From an uncultured Chloroflexia bacterium (lineage in GTDB: Bacteria; Chloroflexota; Limnocylindria; Limnocylindrales; CSP1-4), in the NCBI GenBank assembly GCA_963712735.1, contig CAVQIZ010000002.1, positions 186,791 to 250,790 of the forward strand: DNA of 64,000 nt, given 5' to 3'. The notes beneath the pieces are model-generated. The model had not been told where the DNA came from. It saw only the letters and a list, made by a program, of their open reading frames with translations, and ran no database searches. The position numbers and the translations under genes are program-made. Below, piece by piece: positions 33,978 to 45,522 of the stretch (positions are counted from its first letter, which is position 1; each line of letters begins with the position of its first letter).

Positions 33978-34872
33978 GTCGATGACCGTAGAGCAACCCC
34001 GCACGAGCAGCGGCAGCGGCAGCGACGAGCAGGCCGCTCGCGCCGCCGGCATGCGGGCGATGAAGGTGGACGTCGGTGGTGGCGGCGAGCAGAAGGGCGC
34101 CGATGTCGGCGAGAACGTGTTCGAAGTGTCCGACTTCAACGCCTACTACGGCGACTTCCGGGCCGTCCGCGACATCACCATGGACATCGCCAAGAACCGC
34201 ATCACGGCCTTCATCGGGCCCTCCGGCTGTGGCAAGTCGACGCTGCTGCGCTGCTTCAACCGCATGAACGACCTGGTCCCGGTGGCGCACAACACGGGCA
34301 CGATCCTGTACCACGGCGTGGACCTCTACGACCAGAAGGTCGATCCGGTCGAGGTACGGCGGCGCATCGGCATGGTCTTCCAGAAGCCCAACCCGTTCCC
34401 CAAGTCGATCCACGAGAACATCGCCTTCGGCGCGCGCATCGCCGGCTACAAGGGCAACATCGACGAGCTGGTCGAGCGCAGCCTGCGGCGGGCCGCCATC
34501 TGGGACGAGGTCAAGGACAAGCTGAAGCAGCCCGGCACGGCGCTGTCCGGCGGGCAGCAGCAGCGCCTCTGCATCGCGCGCGCCATCGCCGTGGAACCGG
34601 ATGTCATCCTCATGGACGAACCCTGCTCGGCGCTGGACCCGGTGGCCACGCTCAAGATCGAGGAGCTCATGTTCGAGCTCCGCAACGAGTTCACCATCGT
34701 CATCGTGACGCACAACATGCAGCAGGCGGCACGGGCGTCGGACGAGACGGTGTTCCTGACCATGGGCGAGGACCGCGCCGGGTACCTCGTCGAGAAGGCG
34801 CCGACCAGCGAGATCTTCACCAACCCCAGGAACCGACTGACCGAGGACTACGTCTCCGGTCGCTTCGGATGA
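33961..34872 (+). CDS. pstB: phosphate ABC transporter ATP-binding protein PstB (alternative start ATG 33982)
   Basis: [45 protein letters not shown]...[33 protein letters not shown]. Confidence 0.9.
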   Translation: MQGSGESMTVEQPRTSSGSGSDEQAARAAGMRAMKVDVGGGGEQKGADVGENVFEVSDFNAYYGDFRAVRDITMDIAKNRITAFIGPSGCGKSTLLRCFNRMNDLVPVAHNTGTILYHGVDLYDQKVDPVEVRRRIGMVFQKPNPFPKSIHENIAFGARIAGYKGNIDELVERSLRRAAIWDEVKDKLKQPGTALSGGQQQRLCIARAIAVEPDVILMDEPCSALDPVATLKIEELMFELRNEFTIVIVTHNMQQAARASDETVFLTMGEDRAGYLVEKAPTSEIFTNPRNRLTEDYVSGRFG

Positions 34873-35016
34873 GGAGCACGCGATGACCGATCCGACAGGC
34901 CGACATCTCGAGGAGCAGCCAGCGGCGCCGAGTCCGATGAGCCACAGGAGGCTCTGCCGACCGACCTCGACGAGCATCCCCTCGCGGAGATCCCCCGACC
35001 GTACACGCGCGAGGCG

Positions 35017-35659
35017 ATGGACACCCGCGAGCAGGAGATCAAGGACGACATCCTGCGCATGGGCAGCCTCGTGGCAGAGCGCATCCTCGACGCCATCGTG
35101 GCACTCGAGGCGCACGACGCCGAGGCAGCGACGGCGATCATCGAGCACGACGATGACATCAACGCCATGGAGCACAGGGTCTCCAATCTCATCACCCTGA
35201 CCATCGCCACGCAGCAGCCGGTGGCCCGTGACCTGCGCTTCCTGCTGGCACTCGACCGGGTCGCGTACGACCTCGAGCGGATGGGCGACTACGCCGCGTC
35301 CGTCGCCAAGCAGGCGCGCAAGCTGGCGCCGGTCGCTCCGCTCAGGGGCCATGTCCACCTGCCGGAGATGGGCCGCCTGGCGGCAGCCATGGTGCGTGGT
35401 GTGCTCGAAGCCGTGGTCGAGACCGACGCCGAGCGCGCCCGCGATCGTCGCGCGTCAGGACGACGAGGTCGACGAGCTCTACCACGCCATCTTCGCCGAG
35501 ACGCTGGACCTCATGCGAGCCGACCCGGCCAACGTCGACCCCGGCGCGCGCATCATCTTCGCCGCCCACTACCTCGAACGCGTGGGCGACCGGGTCACCA
35601 ACATCGCCGAGGACGTCGTGTTCCTCGCCACCGGAGAGGTCACGGAGCTCAACCAGTGA
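35017..35659 (+). CDS. phoU: phosphate signalling regulator PhoU (frameshift ~35440)
   Basis: [34 protein letters not shown]...[14 protein letters not shown]... then +1 frame ...[19 protein letters not shown]...[19 protein letters not shown]. Confidence 0.8.
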
Positions 35660-35708
35660 CGAGCCATCGACGCCGCCCCACGACGACGGCGACGGCCCTC
35701 GTGTCCGC

Positions 35709-36135
35709 GTGCTCTTCGTCTGCACCCACAACTCGGCCCGCTCGATCATGGCGGAGGCGCTGCTGCGCGCGAAGGGTGGCGACGGCTTCGAGGTCTTCTC
35801 GGCCGGCACCGAGGCGGCCGAGGTGCGGCCGCTGACCCTGACGGTGCTGCGAGAGGCCGGGCTGCCGACCGAGGGCCTGCGCTCCAAGTCGGTGGAGGAG
35901 TTCACCGGCGAGGCGTTCGACTACGTCATCACCGTCTGCGACTCGGCACGCCAGACACTGCCCCGTCTTCCCCGGCGAGGGTGAGCGGCTCCACTGGGGC
36001 TACCCCGATCCGTCGCAGGCAGAGGGCAGCGAGGAGGAGCGCCTGGAGGCCTTCCGCCGCGTCTTCACGGCCATCAGCCAGCGCATCGACCTGTTCATGT
36101 CAGTGTCGGACAAGCGTCGGACGAACGGCGGCTGA
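35709..36135 (+). CDS. arsC: arsenate reductase / low-molecular-weight protein-tyrosine-phosphatase family (thioredoxin-coupled ArsC type), frameshift ~35940
   Basis: GTG 35709; [18 protein letters not shown] (CX5R P-loop)...[14 protein letters not shown] then +1 frame [18 protein letters not shown]...[15 protein letters not shown]; extra C in ACACTGCCCC. Confidence 0.7.
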
Positions 36136-36215
36136 GCGAGCGATCGCGCAGGAGCCTGCGCCCGGTGCGGAGATGCACCGTCCACGACCCGGCCTGACGT
36201 GCGACCCTATCGAGC

Positions 36216-36722
36216 ATGCCTGGACGTACCGAGGATCGAGAGCGGGTGCGCGTGCACCTGCTGCGCCACGCCCACGCCGGCGACGCGTTCGAGTGGATCG
36301 GCGATGACGACCTGCGCCCGCTGACGGCGAAGGGCCGCGGCCAGTGCCAGCGCCTCGGGGCATTCCTCCACGCGCACGGTGTGCGGCCCGACGTCATCGT
36401 CAGCAGCCCCAGGACGCGGGCACGCCAGACCGCCGAGATCGTGGCGTCCTCGCTGGGCATGAGCGTCAAGCTCGACCAGCGCCTGGCGGACGGCTTCGGC
36501 AAGCAGGAGCTGTGGGCGCTGCTCGACGAGCTGGGCGCCCGCGAACCGATGTTCGTGGGTCACGACCCCGACTTCTCCAGCCTGCTCGAGTACCTCATCG
36601 ATGCGGCCGGCGTCAGCATGAAGAAGGGCGCGCTGGCGACCATCGACCTGAACACCCAGCTGAGCGATGGCGATGCCGAGCTTCGCTGGCTGGTGCCACC
36701 GGAGCTGCTGGCGGAGGCGTAG
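36216..36722 (+). CDS. histidine-phosphatase-family protein (SixA-like phosphohistidine phosphatase)
   Basis: VRVHLLRHAHAGD (RHG catalytic motif)...SSPRTRARQTAEIV...FVGHDP. Confidence 0.7.
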   Translation: MPGRTEDRERVRVHLLRHAHAGDAFEWIGDDDLRPLTAKGRGQCQRLGAFLHAHGVRPDVIVSSPRTRARQTAEIVASSLGMSVKLDQRLADGFGKQELWALLDELGAREPMFVGHDPDFSSLLEYLIDAAGVSMKKGALATIDLNTQLSDGDAELRWLVPPELLAEA

Positions 36723-36728
36723 GCGCGA

Positions 36729-37766
36729 TCAGGCGAACGGCAGCGAGAAGCTGAAGGTGGAGCCCTCGCCCTCCACGGACTCGAGCCAGATGCGGCCACC
36801 GTGGGCCTCGGCGATGTGGCGAGCGATGGCCAGGCCCAGGCCGGTGCCACCCAGTCCGCGCTCGCGGGCACGGTCGACCTTGTAGAAGCGCTCGAAGACC
36901 CGCGCCTGGTCCTTGCGTGGGATGCCCACGCCGTGGTCGGCGACCGAGATGACGACGCCATCGGGATGCTCATCGGTGGTGACGGTCACGGTCCCTCCGT
37001 CGGGCGAGAACTTGACCGCGTTGTGCAGCAGGTTCATGAGCAGCTGGTCGAGGCGCTCCTCGTCTCCACGGATGGGCGGCAGGTCGTCGGGGACGAGCTC
37101 CACGAGCACGACGCCCTGCCGCTCGGCGAAGGTCTGCAGGCGGCGCATGGACGCGGCCACCAGCGGAGCGAGCAGCACCTTGTCGTGCCGCACCCGCGTG
37201 GAGGTCTGCTCGATGCGCGAGAGGTCCAGCAGCTCGTTGATCATCTGGACCAGGTGCCCGGTCTCGATGTCGATGGTGGCCACCCGCTCGCGGACGCGCG
37301 TGGAGACCTCCTCGTTCTCCAGGTCGTCGAGGAGCATCTCGGTGAGCAGGCGGATGTTGGCCAGGGGCGTGCGCAGCTCGTGGCTGAGGTTGTCGATGAA
37401 CTCGCTGCGGATGCGTCGCAGGCGCTGCAGCTCGGTGACGTTCTCGATGGTCACCCAGGCGCCGCCGCCGCTGGCCGGTCGGGCACGGACGATGATGCTG
37501 GTGCGGTCGCGTGGATCCGACTCACGCATGCCGCTCTCGCCGGCGGCAGCGGCGCGGACCAGCTCCTCGAGCTTGTGGTCGACGAAGGTCTCCATCAGCG
37601 TCCGTCCCACCAGCGAGCCCGGTCGACGCTCGAGCGCATGGTGCGCCGCCAGGTTGGCGGTGCGCACGCGCAGGAGCTCGTCGAAGCGGATCAGGCCGAG
37701 GGAGGCATGGTCGGCGACCAGGGCGAGCTCGGACTCGCTGACGCTGGGCGGGTGCTCCTGTGGCAT
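36729..37766 (-). CDS. PAS-domain sensor histidine kinase (SenX3/PhoR-like), apparently cytoplasmic
   Basis: Start MPQEHPPSV (37766); H-box FIDNLSHELRTPLANI, N/G boxes LLMNLLHNAVKFSPDGG...DHGVGIP...GGTGLGLAIARHI; the ORF continues in frame upstream to 38201 without TM segments. Confidence 0.8.
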   Translation of the reverse strand: MPQEHPPSVSESELALVADHASLGLIRFDELLRVRTANLAAHHALERRPGSLVGRTLMETFVDHKLEELVRAAAAGESGMRESDPRDRTSIIVRARPASGGGAWVTIENVTELQRLRRIRSEFIDNLSHELRTPLANIRLLTEMLLDDLENEEVSTRVRERVATIDIETGHLVQMINELLDLSRIEQTSTRVRHDKVLLAPLVAASMRRLQTFAERQGVVLVELVPDDLPPIRGDEERLDQLLMNLLHNAVKFSPDGGTVTVTTDEHPDGVVISVADHGVGIPRKDQARVFERFYKVDRARERGLGGTGLGLAIARHIAEAHGGRIWLESVEGEGSTFSFSLPFA

Positions 37767-38297
37767 CGACCTAGGATAGGCTCGGTCACCGACATCGCTC
37801 CGATCCGGCCGTAGCGCCCGCCGATCGCGCCAGGAGCGAGGCCGCGTCGGGGGCGGCGCAGCTGGTCGGTGAGTCGACGGGTCCGGCGCGCCCTGATCCG
37901 CCGCAGGCTCACGGAAGGGCTCGTTGGCAGAGGGTGCGCCAGCCACGAAGCTCCCTTCCGCCGTGCAGTTCGATCCAGCGCATGACGTAGGCGACCTCCA
38001 GCGGGTCGGAGAGTGCCGCCAGCGTGCGGATGGACCGCAGCTGCCGCGGCGTGTGGTCGACCTTGCGGGCGAAGCGCTCCGAGCGCCAACCCGCGGGGAG
38101 CCGCTGCGGTTGGCGCCAGGAGCGCTGGAGGAGCCAAGCGCCGGAGCGCAGCATCCGTGCGGGACCGACGGGGTGCGGGGCCTTGGCCAGGGATGGTTCA
38201 CTCACTGGTCACAGCATGGGCGGAGCGTGTCAACGGCCCATCATCGAGCGGTCAACATCCTGTAAGCAACGCGCGCGGCTGCGCGCACGCGCGCCGG

Positions 38298-39029
38298 TCA
38301 GCCCTGGTTCGCGCCCTCGGGCAGGCGCAGCACGTAGCCCACGCCGCGAACGGTCTGGAGGTAGGTGGGCCGACTGGGGTCGGCCTCGATGGCGGAGCGC
38401 AGCCAGTGCACGTGCACGTCCACGGTGCGGGTCTCGCCGGCGTAGTCATAGCCCCACACCTTCTCCAGCAGCTGGTCACGGCTGAAGACCTGGCCCGGGT
38501 TGCGCACGAGGAAGGCCAGCAGCTCGAAGGCCTTGGGCTTGAGCCGCAGCTCGGCGCCGTCGCGGAGCACGCGGTGGCCGGCCACGTCCACGCTGACGGC
38601 GCCCAGCCGCACGGGCTCCGGGGTCGTCGGCTCGGCTGCGCCAGTGCCGGCCTCGGCCCCGCCTCGCTCGAGATGCCGCAGCTGGGTCCGGATGCGCGCC
38701 ATCAGCTCGCGCAGGCTGAAGGGCTTGGTGACGTAGTCGTCGGCACCCAGCTCCAGGCCCACGACCTTGTCGATCTCGCCGTCCTTGGCGGTCAGCATGA
38801 TGATGGGCACCGACGACTCGCGGCGCAGGATGCGGCAGACCTCGATGCCGGAGACCTCCGGCAGCATCAGGTCCAGCAGCACCAGGTCGGGGGCTTCGGC
38901 CCGAAAGCGCTCCAGCGCCTCGCGGCCGTCAGCGGCGGTGACCACGCGCAGGCCGTCCTGGGCCAGCGCCTCGGCCAGCGTCTCGCGCAGCGTGGGCTCG
39001 TCGTCCACGACGAGGATCGTGCGAGCCAT
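38298..39029 (-). CDS. OmpR/PhoB-family response regulator (RegX3/PhoP-like)
   Basis: MARTILVVDDEPTLRETLAEALAQDGLRVV...DLVLLDLMLPEVSG...MLTAKD + winged-helix C-domain ...VWGYDYAGETRTVDVHVHWLRSAIE. Confidence 0.9.
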   Translation of the reverse strand: MARTILVVDDEPTLRETLAEALAQDGLRVVTAADGREALERFRAEAPDLVLLDLMLPEVSGIEVCRILRRESSVPIIMLTAKDGEIDKVVGLELGADDYVTKPFSLRELMARIRTQLRHLERGGAEAGTGAAEPTTPEPVRLGAVSVDVAGHRVLRDGAELRLKPKAFELLAFLVRNPGQVFSRDQLLEKVWGYDYAGETRTVDVHVHWLRSAIEADPSRPTYLQTVRGVGYVLRLPEGANQG

Positions 39030-39031
39030 CG

Positions 39032-39427
39032 TCAGTCGAGCCGAGCCGACCGGACCCGGGCGCGCGCATCCACCACTCGCTGAACTCGTGGCAGCGGCCA
39101 TCGTCGTCGAAGCGGCAGACGAAGATGTTGCTGTACTCGTCGCGCACCAGGCCGCCTTCGTCGAAGTAGCGCGTCCAGCCGATGGCGACGTGGACCTGGT
39201 CGTCGATGGCCAGGGGCTCGTAGGCGGCCTCCCATGAACCCGCCTCCTCCTCGTCGAGCCAGCCCTGGACGATGGCCTCACGCCCGCTGACCACGTCATG
39301 GCCGCCGCGGTAGCTGTAGGCGCAGTCGAGCGCTGAAGAGCTCGCCGATGACGTCGGCATCGCGGCTGCGCCAGGCCTCGACGTAGCGGCCCAGCCAGGA
39401 CGCGAACTGGTCTCGTGTCAGGTGCAT
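39032..39427 (-). CDS. NTF2/SnoaL-like fold protein (frameshift ~39335; 3' end uncertain)
   Basis: ATG 39427 after GGAGAGGAG; MHLTRDQFASWLGRYVEAWRSRDADVIGELFS then other frame DCAYSYRGGHDVVSGREAIVQGWLDEEEAGSWEAAYEPLAIDDQVHVAIGWTRYFDEGG. Confidence 0.5.
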
Positions 39428-39430
39428 CAG

Positions 39431-40941
39431 CTACTCCTCTCCGGCGATGCTGGCGGCCAGCTCGCGTGGCGGAGGCCAGCCGGTCCAGGGTGGTCTCGTA
39501 GCCCAGGGCGGCCATGACATCGAACAGCGGCGGCGTCGCGGTGCGGCCGGTGATGGCGACGCGGATGGCCATGAAGAGGTCGCCCACCTTCCAGCCGTGC
39601 TGCTCGCAGAGCAGCACGCAGGGCCGGCTCCAGCTCCTCTGCCGTCGAAGCCATCCTCACCGGCCTCCTCGATGACGCGGCAGCGCGTCGGCCAGGCCGA
39701 GCTCGGTGGTGGCGGCATCCCAGCGCTTGGGCACCAGCAGCGCGGGGTCGATCTCGAGGTCCTCGATGAAGACGAAGTCGAGCATCGAGCCGATGGCGTC
39801 GAGGCGCGGCAGGCGCTCGACGACCATGGGCAGCAGCGGGGCGACGATCGGCCGCGGTCGGCTGGCGCACCGCGTAGCCGTCCTCGGCAGCCGAGTGCAC
39901 CGCGCGCTCCAGGAACGGCAGCGCCCGCTCGACCAGGTCGTCCGGCGGCAGGCGGCGGATCCACTGGCCGTTGAGCCAGTCGAGCCGCTCGGCGTCGAAG
40001 ATGGCGCCGGACGGCTGCACGCGCGAGAGGTCGAAGCGCGCCTCGAGGTCCGCCAGCGAGAAGATGTCCTCGTCGTCGCCGCTGCTCCAGCCCAGCAGGG
40101 CCAGGTGGTTGACGATGGCCTCGGGTATGTAGCCTTGCTCACGATAGGCGTCGACGGCGGTCTGGCTCTTGCGCTTGCTCATCTTGGAGCGGTCGGTGTT
40201 GAGGATGAGCGGCAGGTGCGCGAAGACCGGCGGCTCCGCGCCCAGGGCCCGGAAGAGCAGCACGTGCTTGGGCGTGTTGGAGAGGTGGTCCTCGCCGCGG
40301 ATGACGTGGCTGATGCGCATGGCGATGTCGTCGACCACCACCACGAAGTGGTAGAGCGGCGAGCCGTCGGAGCGGGCGATGACGAGGTCGCCGCCGAGCT
40401 GGCTGGTGTCGATGCTGACGTGGCCACGCACGAGGTCGTCGAACTCGACACTGCCCTCCCCGATGCGGAAGCGGATGACCGACTCGCGTCCCTCGGCACG
40501 GCGAGCCGCGCGCTCGCTCTCGCTCAGGCCGGCACAGCGGCCGCTGTAGCCGGACACCTCGGGATGCGGCGACGCGGTCGGCCTCGCGCTCCTCGGTGGT
40601 GCAGAAGCAGGGGTAGGCCTTGTCCTCTGCCAGCAGCGTCGCGATGGCCTCGGCATAGCGATCGCCTCGCTCCGACTGGCGATAGGGTCCATCGTCGCCG
40701 CGCTCCGGGTGGTCCGGCCACGGCCGGACCCTCGTCCCACTCGATGCCCAGCCAGTGCAGACCGTCGAGGATGTCCTGCTCGTACTCGAGGCGTGGAACG
40801 AGCCTGGTCGGTGTCCTCCAGGCGCAGCACGAAGGTGCCGCCCGTGTGCCGCGCGAAGAGGTAGTTGAACAGCGCCGTGCGGGCGGTGCCGATGTGCAGC
40901 GGCCCGGTGGGGCTGGGGGCGATGCGGCACCGCGTCGTCAT
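39431..40941 (-). CDS. gltX: glutamate--tRNA ligase (GluRS), at least 5 frame switches in this assembly
   Basis: [45 protein letters not shown] / [26 protein letters not shown] / ...[47 protein letters not shown] (KMSKS) / anticodon-binding region / ...[33 protein letters not shown]; fragments occupy all three frames. Confidence 0.85.
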
Positions 40942-41601
40942 CCTGCCTGGTCCTCCTTCTCCTCTTCGGCTGCCACCTTGCGAGCCTCGGCCCCGGTCAC
41001 GACCTGGGTCCCACGGTAGCGCCACACACCTCGCGAGGGAAGGTCATCGGTGCCACGGCGGAAGTGGCGGCGCGCGGCCGACGACCAGGCCGCGCCGCTG
41101 GAACGGTCGAAGACGTCGAACTCGTGGGCGTCGTCAGCGCTCGCCGGAGGGCTCGGCTGCGGAGGCGTCGGCTCGCCGCGCGAGCCGGGCCGGAAGTCCT
41201 CCCACCAGGGCACCCGCTCGGCCGTCCAGGTGCGGGTCCGCGTGCCGTTGCTGCCGCGCCCGGGCGGCAGTCGACGTGGGTGCCGCCGCGGCGCGGCGGG
41301 ACGGTGGAGCTGCCGGCGGCGCCGCGACGAGCATCGCGGGTCGGCGCAGGGGTCGGCGCGACGTCGCCGGTCGCCGGCACGCACGGGGCCGGGCGCGTGG
41401 CGCCGGTCCCACTCACGTCGCCGCAGCGGGTCGGACAGCAGCTGGTAGGCCTCCTGCACATCGAGGAAGCGCCGCGCGGTCGCCGGTGGAGCCGTCGGGG
41501 TGGAACAGCTTGGCCAGTCGTCGATGGGCCGCCTTGATCTGCTCGGCGTCCGCGCCACGCAGGATGCCGAGGGTGCGATAGGGGTCGGTGGTCGGCTTCA
41601 T
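40938..41601 (-). CDS. J-domain (DnaJ-like) protein (frameshift ~41425)
   Basis: MKPTTDPYRTLGILRGADAEQIKAAHRRLAKLFHPD then other frame ...RRFLDVQEAYQLLSDPLRRREWDR; ATGA overlap with gltX start. Confidence 0.65.
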
Positions 41602-42699
41602 GCTGGCCGTGGTCGTCCTCGCTGGGGTGGGCTTGGGCTTGCGCTAGCGCCTGCTCGTCGCGCGGCAGCCAGCTCGAATCGTGGCACCGCCGTGGCGGCC
41701 TCTCCCCCTCCGGCGCCAGGACCGTCGGGATGGTGGTACTCGGCCATCGCTCGCAGGTCGCGTTCGTCGAGCAGCGCCGACCTGGGCCAGCGTCTCGACC
41801 GAGGCGGCCTTGGTGGCGCGGCGCGACATGTCACCGTCCTCGATCTTGATGGCGATGCCGCTGGCCTCGACGCCGTCTCCGCCGACCAGGCCGATGGCGC
41901 GCATGCCGTCGGCGCCGGCCTTGGCCACGAGCCGACCGGGGCGGCGACGCATCAGCTCGGTGTCGAGGTGGTCGTAGGTGCCGCCGACCATGTCCGGGTC
42001 GCCCATCATGGCGTCGCGGACGCGCCGCAGCGCGGCTGCCGACTCGGCCCGCGGCCCGTCGGCCGCGGGACCCTCGGGATCGGCCAGCAGCAGGTAGGCC
42101 CGGGCCAGCTCCAGCAGCGTGACCTCGTAGGTCAGCAGCGCCGCAGTTGTCGGTGGCGATCGTGAGCGTCTCGAGCTTGCGGCCGAAGAGCCGCGCCACG
42201 GTCTCGCGCACGGCGACCTGGCTGGGATGCTTGGGGTCGGCGTAGTCGTCGAGCGACCAGCCGGCGTAGGCGCTCATCAGGATGGACGCGGCGTGGAAGC
42301 CCGAGCAGCCGTGACGGACGGGGCCCGGTGTCTCGCCGTCGCGGGCCAGGCGGGCGGCCGTGAGCGCATCGCTGGGCGCACCGTCCGTGCCGCACTGCAG
42401 CAGGGCCTGGGTGACGCTGGCGCGGCGGAAGATCGCCTGCAGCGTGCGCACGTGCTTGTCCTCGCCGGTGTGGCGAGGCGCACATGATGGCCAGCTCGGC
42501 CGGCGTCAGCGCGAGGTCGTCGGCAGCGCCGCACTCGATGAGCGCGACCACGCCGAAGGGCTTGACGGTGGACCGCAGCATCACCTCGGTGCCCGGGGCG
42601 CCCACGGCACGCAGCACCTTGCCGGAGGCGTCGACCTGCACGATGTGGCCGCGGTGCCGGCTCTCGACGGTCTCGCCGCGACGGACCTCGACCGATCAC
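41598..42699 (-). CDS. asparaginase II-family (PF06089-like) protein, at least 4 frame switches
   Basis: GTG 42699; ...VEVRRGETVESRHRGHIVQVDASGKVLRAVGAPGTEVMLRSTVKPFGVVALIECGA... / HGCSGFHAASILMSAYAGWSLDDYADPKHPSQ... / KAGADGMRAIGLV...GIAIKIEDGD across frames; assignment by recalled family signature. Confidence 0.5.
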
Positions 42700-43009
42700 C
42701 GGGGGTGCTGCACCCTTGCGCGTGCGCGTCGATCGCTGGGCGGGGACGCGCGGCTCGGCGGCGGCGGGCGCGGCCGAGGTCGGCGGTCGAGCCGGCGGAC
42801 GCTGGCGCGTCAGCGGGGCCGGCGCGTCGGCGAGCAGAGGCTCTTCGCTGGGGAAGGCCGGGATGGAGGCTTGCTCTGGCACGTGTCGATGGTATCGCGG
42901 GCAGGCCAGGCGGGTGCTGCGTGCCGCTCGCTGACGCCGCGGCCCGTCCCGATCGCGCGGCGCGCCGTAGAATCAGCACTCGCCATCCTGCCGTACCCCG
43001 GAGGCGTTC

Positions 43010-43648
43010 GTGCCCGACCAGCCCAACCTCTTCATCTCCAGCCATCCCGCGGTGCTCCACAAGCTGGCGCTGTTGCGCGACGAGACCACCGAGCCCAAGA
43101 AGTTCCGCGAGCTGGTCCGCGAGATCAGCTGGCTGGTGGGCTACGAGGCCCTCGCCGACGCCCGTCTCGACGAGATCGAGGTGCGGACACCGCTCGAGAC
43201 GACCACCGGTCACAAGCTCGCCGAGCGCATCGGCCTGGTGCCCATCCTGCGTGCGGGCCTGGGCATGGTCGATGCCTTCCTGGAGCTGTTCCCGACCGCA
43301 CAGGTCTGGCACCTGGGCCTGTTCCGCGACGAGCGCACCCTGCGCCCGGTGGAGTACTACAACAAGCTGCCCGACCAGACCACCGTCGACACCTGCCTCA
43401 TCCTCGACCCGATGCTGGCCACCGGTGGCTCCGCCACCGCCGCCATCGAGGTGCTCAAGGATTGGGGTGCGCAGCGCATCAAGATGGTCAACCTGATCGC
43501 TGCGCCCGAGGGCGTGGCCGCGGTGGCTGCCGCGCACCCTGACGTGGCCATGTACTGCGCCGCGCTCGACCGCCAGCTCAACGAGAAGGGCTACATCCAG
43601 CCCGGACTGGGCGATGCCGGCGATCGCCAGTTCGGGACGGGCCTGTAG
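43010..43648 (+). CDS. upp: uracil phosphoribosyltransferase
   Basis: GTG 43010 after GGAGG; ...[43 protein letters not shown]...[25 protein letters not shown]...[16 protein letters not shown]. Confidence 0.9.
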   Translation: MPDQPNLFISSHPAVLHKLALLRDETTEPKKFRELVREISWLVGYEALADARLDEIEVRTPLETTTGHKLAERIGLVPILRAGLGMVDAFLELFPTAQVWHLGLFRDERTLRPVEYYNKLPDQTTVDTCLILDPMLATGGSATAAIEVLKDWGAQRIKMVNLIAAPEGVAAVAAAHPDVAMYCAALDRQLNEKGYIQPGLGDAGDRQFGTGL

Positions 43649-43685
43649 CCGCCGCGCCCAGCCGTCCGGACGTCCGGCAGCACCG

Positions 43686-44650
43686 ATGTCCCTCGAGCGG
43701 TCTGAGGCGCGCCGTGCGCTGCTGTGCATCACGCCGGCGCCGGCGATCGACCGGACGGCGCACGTGGAGCGCATCGAGCACGGACCGGGTGCTGCGTCCG
43801 CTGGAGCTGGTGGCGCTGCCCGGCGGCAAGGGCGTCAACGCCGCGCGCGCCGCGGTGCGGCTCGGTGGTCAGCGTCATCACCACCGGCATCGCCGGCGGC
43901 CACGCCGGGCGCTGGATCGTGGAGGCGCTGGCTGCCGAGGGCCTTGCGCCGCGATGGTCGTCGGCCGCTGCCGAGTCGCGCACGACCTACGTGACGGTGG
44001 ACCGTTCCGGCGGCGTCGGTCATCGTCTACGAGCGGCCGGGGCCGGCGAGCGAGGCGGAGTTCGCCGCCTTCCTGCGGCTACTGGAGGACGACCTGCTGC
44101 CACGCTCGGGCCGCGCCATCGTCGCCGGCAGCATCCCCGCCGGTCTCGACGCGCGCGTCTCACGCGGCCATCGTGGAGGTCTGCCGACGCGCCGGCTGTC
44201 CCCTGCTGGTGGACGCATCCGGACCCGGGCTGCTGGCGGCGTTGGCGGCCCGCCCCGACGTGGTCAAGATCGGGCGCATCGAGGCAGTCGAGGCGGGGCT
44301 GGTGGCGCCGGAGGCGAGCGGCGCCGAGACCGCCGCGGCGCTCGTGGACCAGGGCGCCGCCCTGGCGGTGGTCACCGATGGTGCTGAGGAGGTCGCGGCT
44401 GCCGATGCGACGACGTCGTGGCGGGCGAGCGTGCCCACCGTCGACGGCGCTCAACCCGGTCGGCTCAGGCGATGCCTTCAATGCCGCCTTCTCGCTGGCG
44501 CTGATGGCGGGCACATCGATGGAGACGGCCCTCGCACGCGGCGTTGCCGCCGGTTCGGCCAACGCGCTTGCGCTCGGGGCGGGCATGCTCGACGCTGCTG
44601 TCGCACACCAGCTGGAGAGCCGGGTGAGCGTCACGAGCACGAGGAGGTAA
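43686..44650 (+). CDS. PfkB-family carbohydrate kinase (1-phosphofructokinase/tagatose-6-P kinase-like), at least 4 frame switches
   Basis: MSLERSEARRALLCITPAPAIDRTAHVERIEHG / RVLRPLELVALPGGKGVNAARAAVRLGG / ...VSVITTGIAGGHAGRWIVEALAAEGL... / ...NPVGSGDAFNAAFSLALMAG (C-terminal DTxGAGD-type motif). Confidence 0.65.
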
Positions 44651-44653
44651 GGC

Positions 44654-45455
44654 GTGGATCGATTGACTGGTCGCAGCATCATCGTCACCGGCGCCACCGG
44701 CATCGCGGCGGCATCGGCCGTGCGCTTCGCCGCCGAGGGCGCCCGGGTGGTCGTCATCTCCCGCACCGAGGCCAGCTGCCGTGCTCTCGTCGACGAGATC
44801 GCCGACGCCGGGGGCCGGGCCGCACAGCGTGACCGCGGACCTGACGGATGCCGTCGCGGCGCAGGCGGCAGTGGCACAGGCGATCGAGATGCTCGAGCGC
44901 GTCGACGGCCTGTTCAACGTGGCCGGCGGGTCCGGGCGGCGCCTGGGCGACGGTCCCCTGCACGAGCTCACACCGGAGGCGTACGAGGCCACGATGCGGC
45001 TCAACGCGACCACGCACGTCACGGTGAGCGCGCCGGTGCTGCGGGCGATGCTGGGCCAGGAGCCAGACGCCAACGGCCAGCGCGGCGCCATCGTCAACAT
45101 GGGCTCGGTCCTTGCCACGCGCCCCGTGCCCGACCTCTTCGGCACCCACGCCTACGCGACGGCCAAGGGCGCCATCGCGGCGCTGACGACGGCATCGGCC
45201 GCCTACTACGCGCCGCGGGGCATCCGCATCAACATGGTGGCGCCGGCGCTGACGACATCGCGCATGTCCGAACGTGCCGCCGCCGACGAGGCCACGCAGT
45301 CGTTCTCACGGCGCAAGCAGCCGCTGTCCGGCGGCTTCATCCCGGCGCAGGACGTGGCCGACGCGGCCGTGTACCTGCTGTCGTCAGAGTCGCGTGCCGT
45401 CACCGGCCAGACCATCACCGTCGACGGCGGCTGGTCCGTCCTCGACGTCGGCTGA
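44654..45455 (+). CDS. SDR-family NAD(P)-dependent oxidoreductase (frameshift ~44830)
   Basis: GTG 44654 after GAGGAGG; IIVTGATGIAAASAVRFAAEGARVVVISR (TGxxxGxG) then +1 frame ...NMGSVLATRP...YATAKGAIAALT (YxxxK)...ITVDGGW. Confidence 0.75.
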
Positions 45456-45522
45456 GCGCGGGACCAACCGAGCCCAGCACACCGCAGTCTTCCGCGAGCC
45501 TCCACGGCCCACACTCAAGGAG

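Noticed and set aside
37990-38010. GTTCGATCC (tRNA T-loop-like) motif in the RR-HK gap
   Set aside because: No flanking 5-bp T-stem, no acceptor/anticodon arms; no tRNA structure could be built; no other tRNA-like motif seen in any intergenic region
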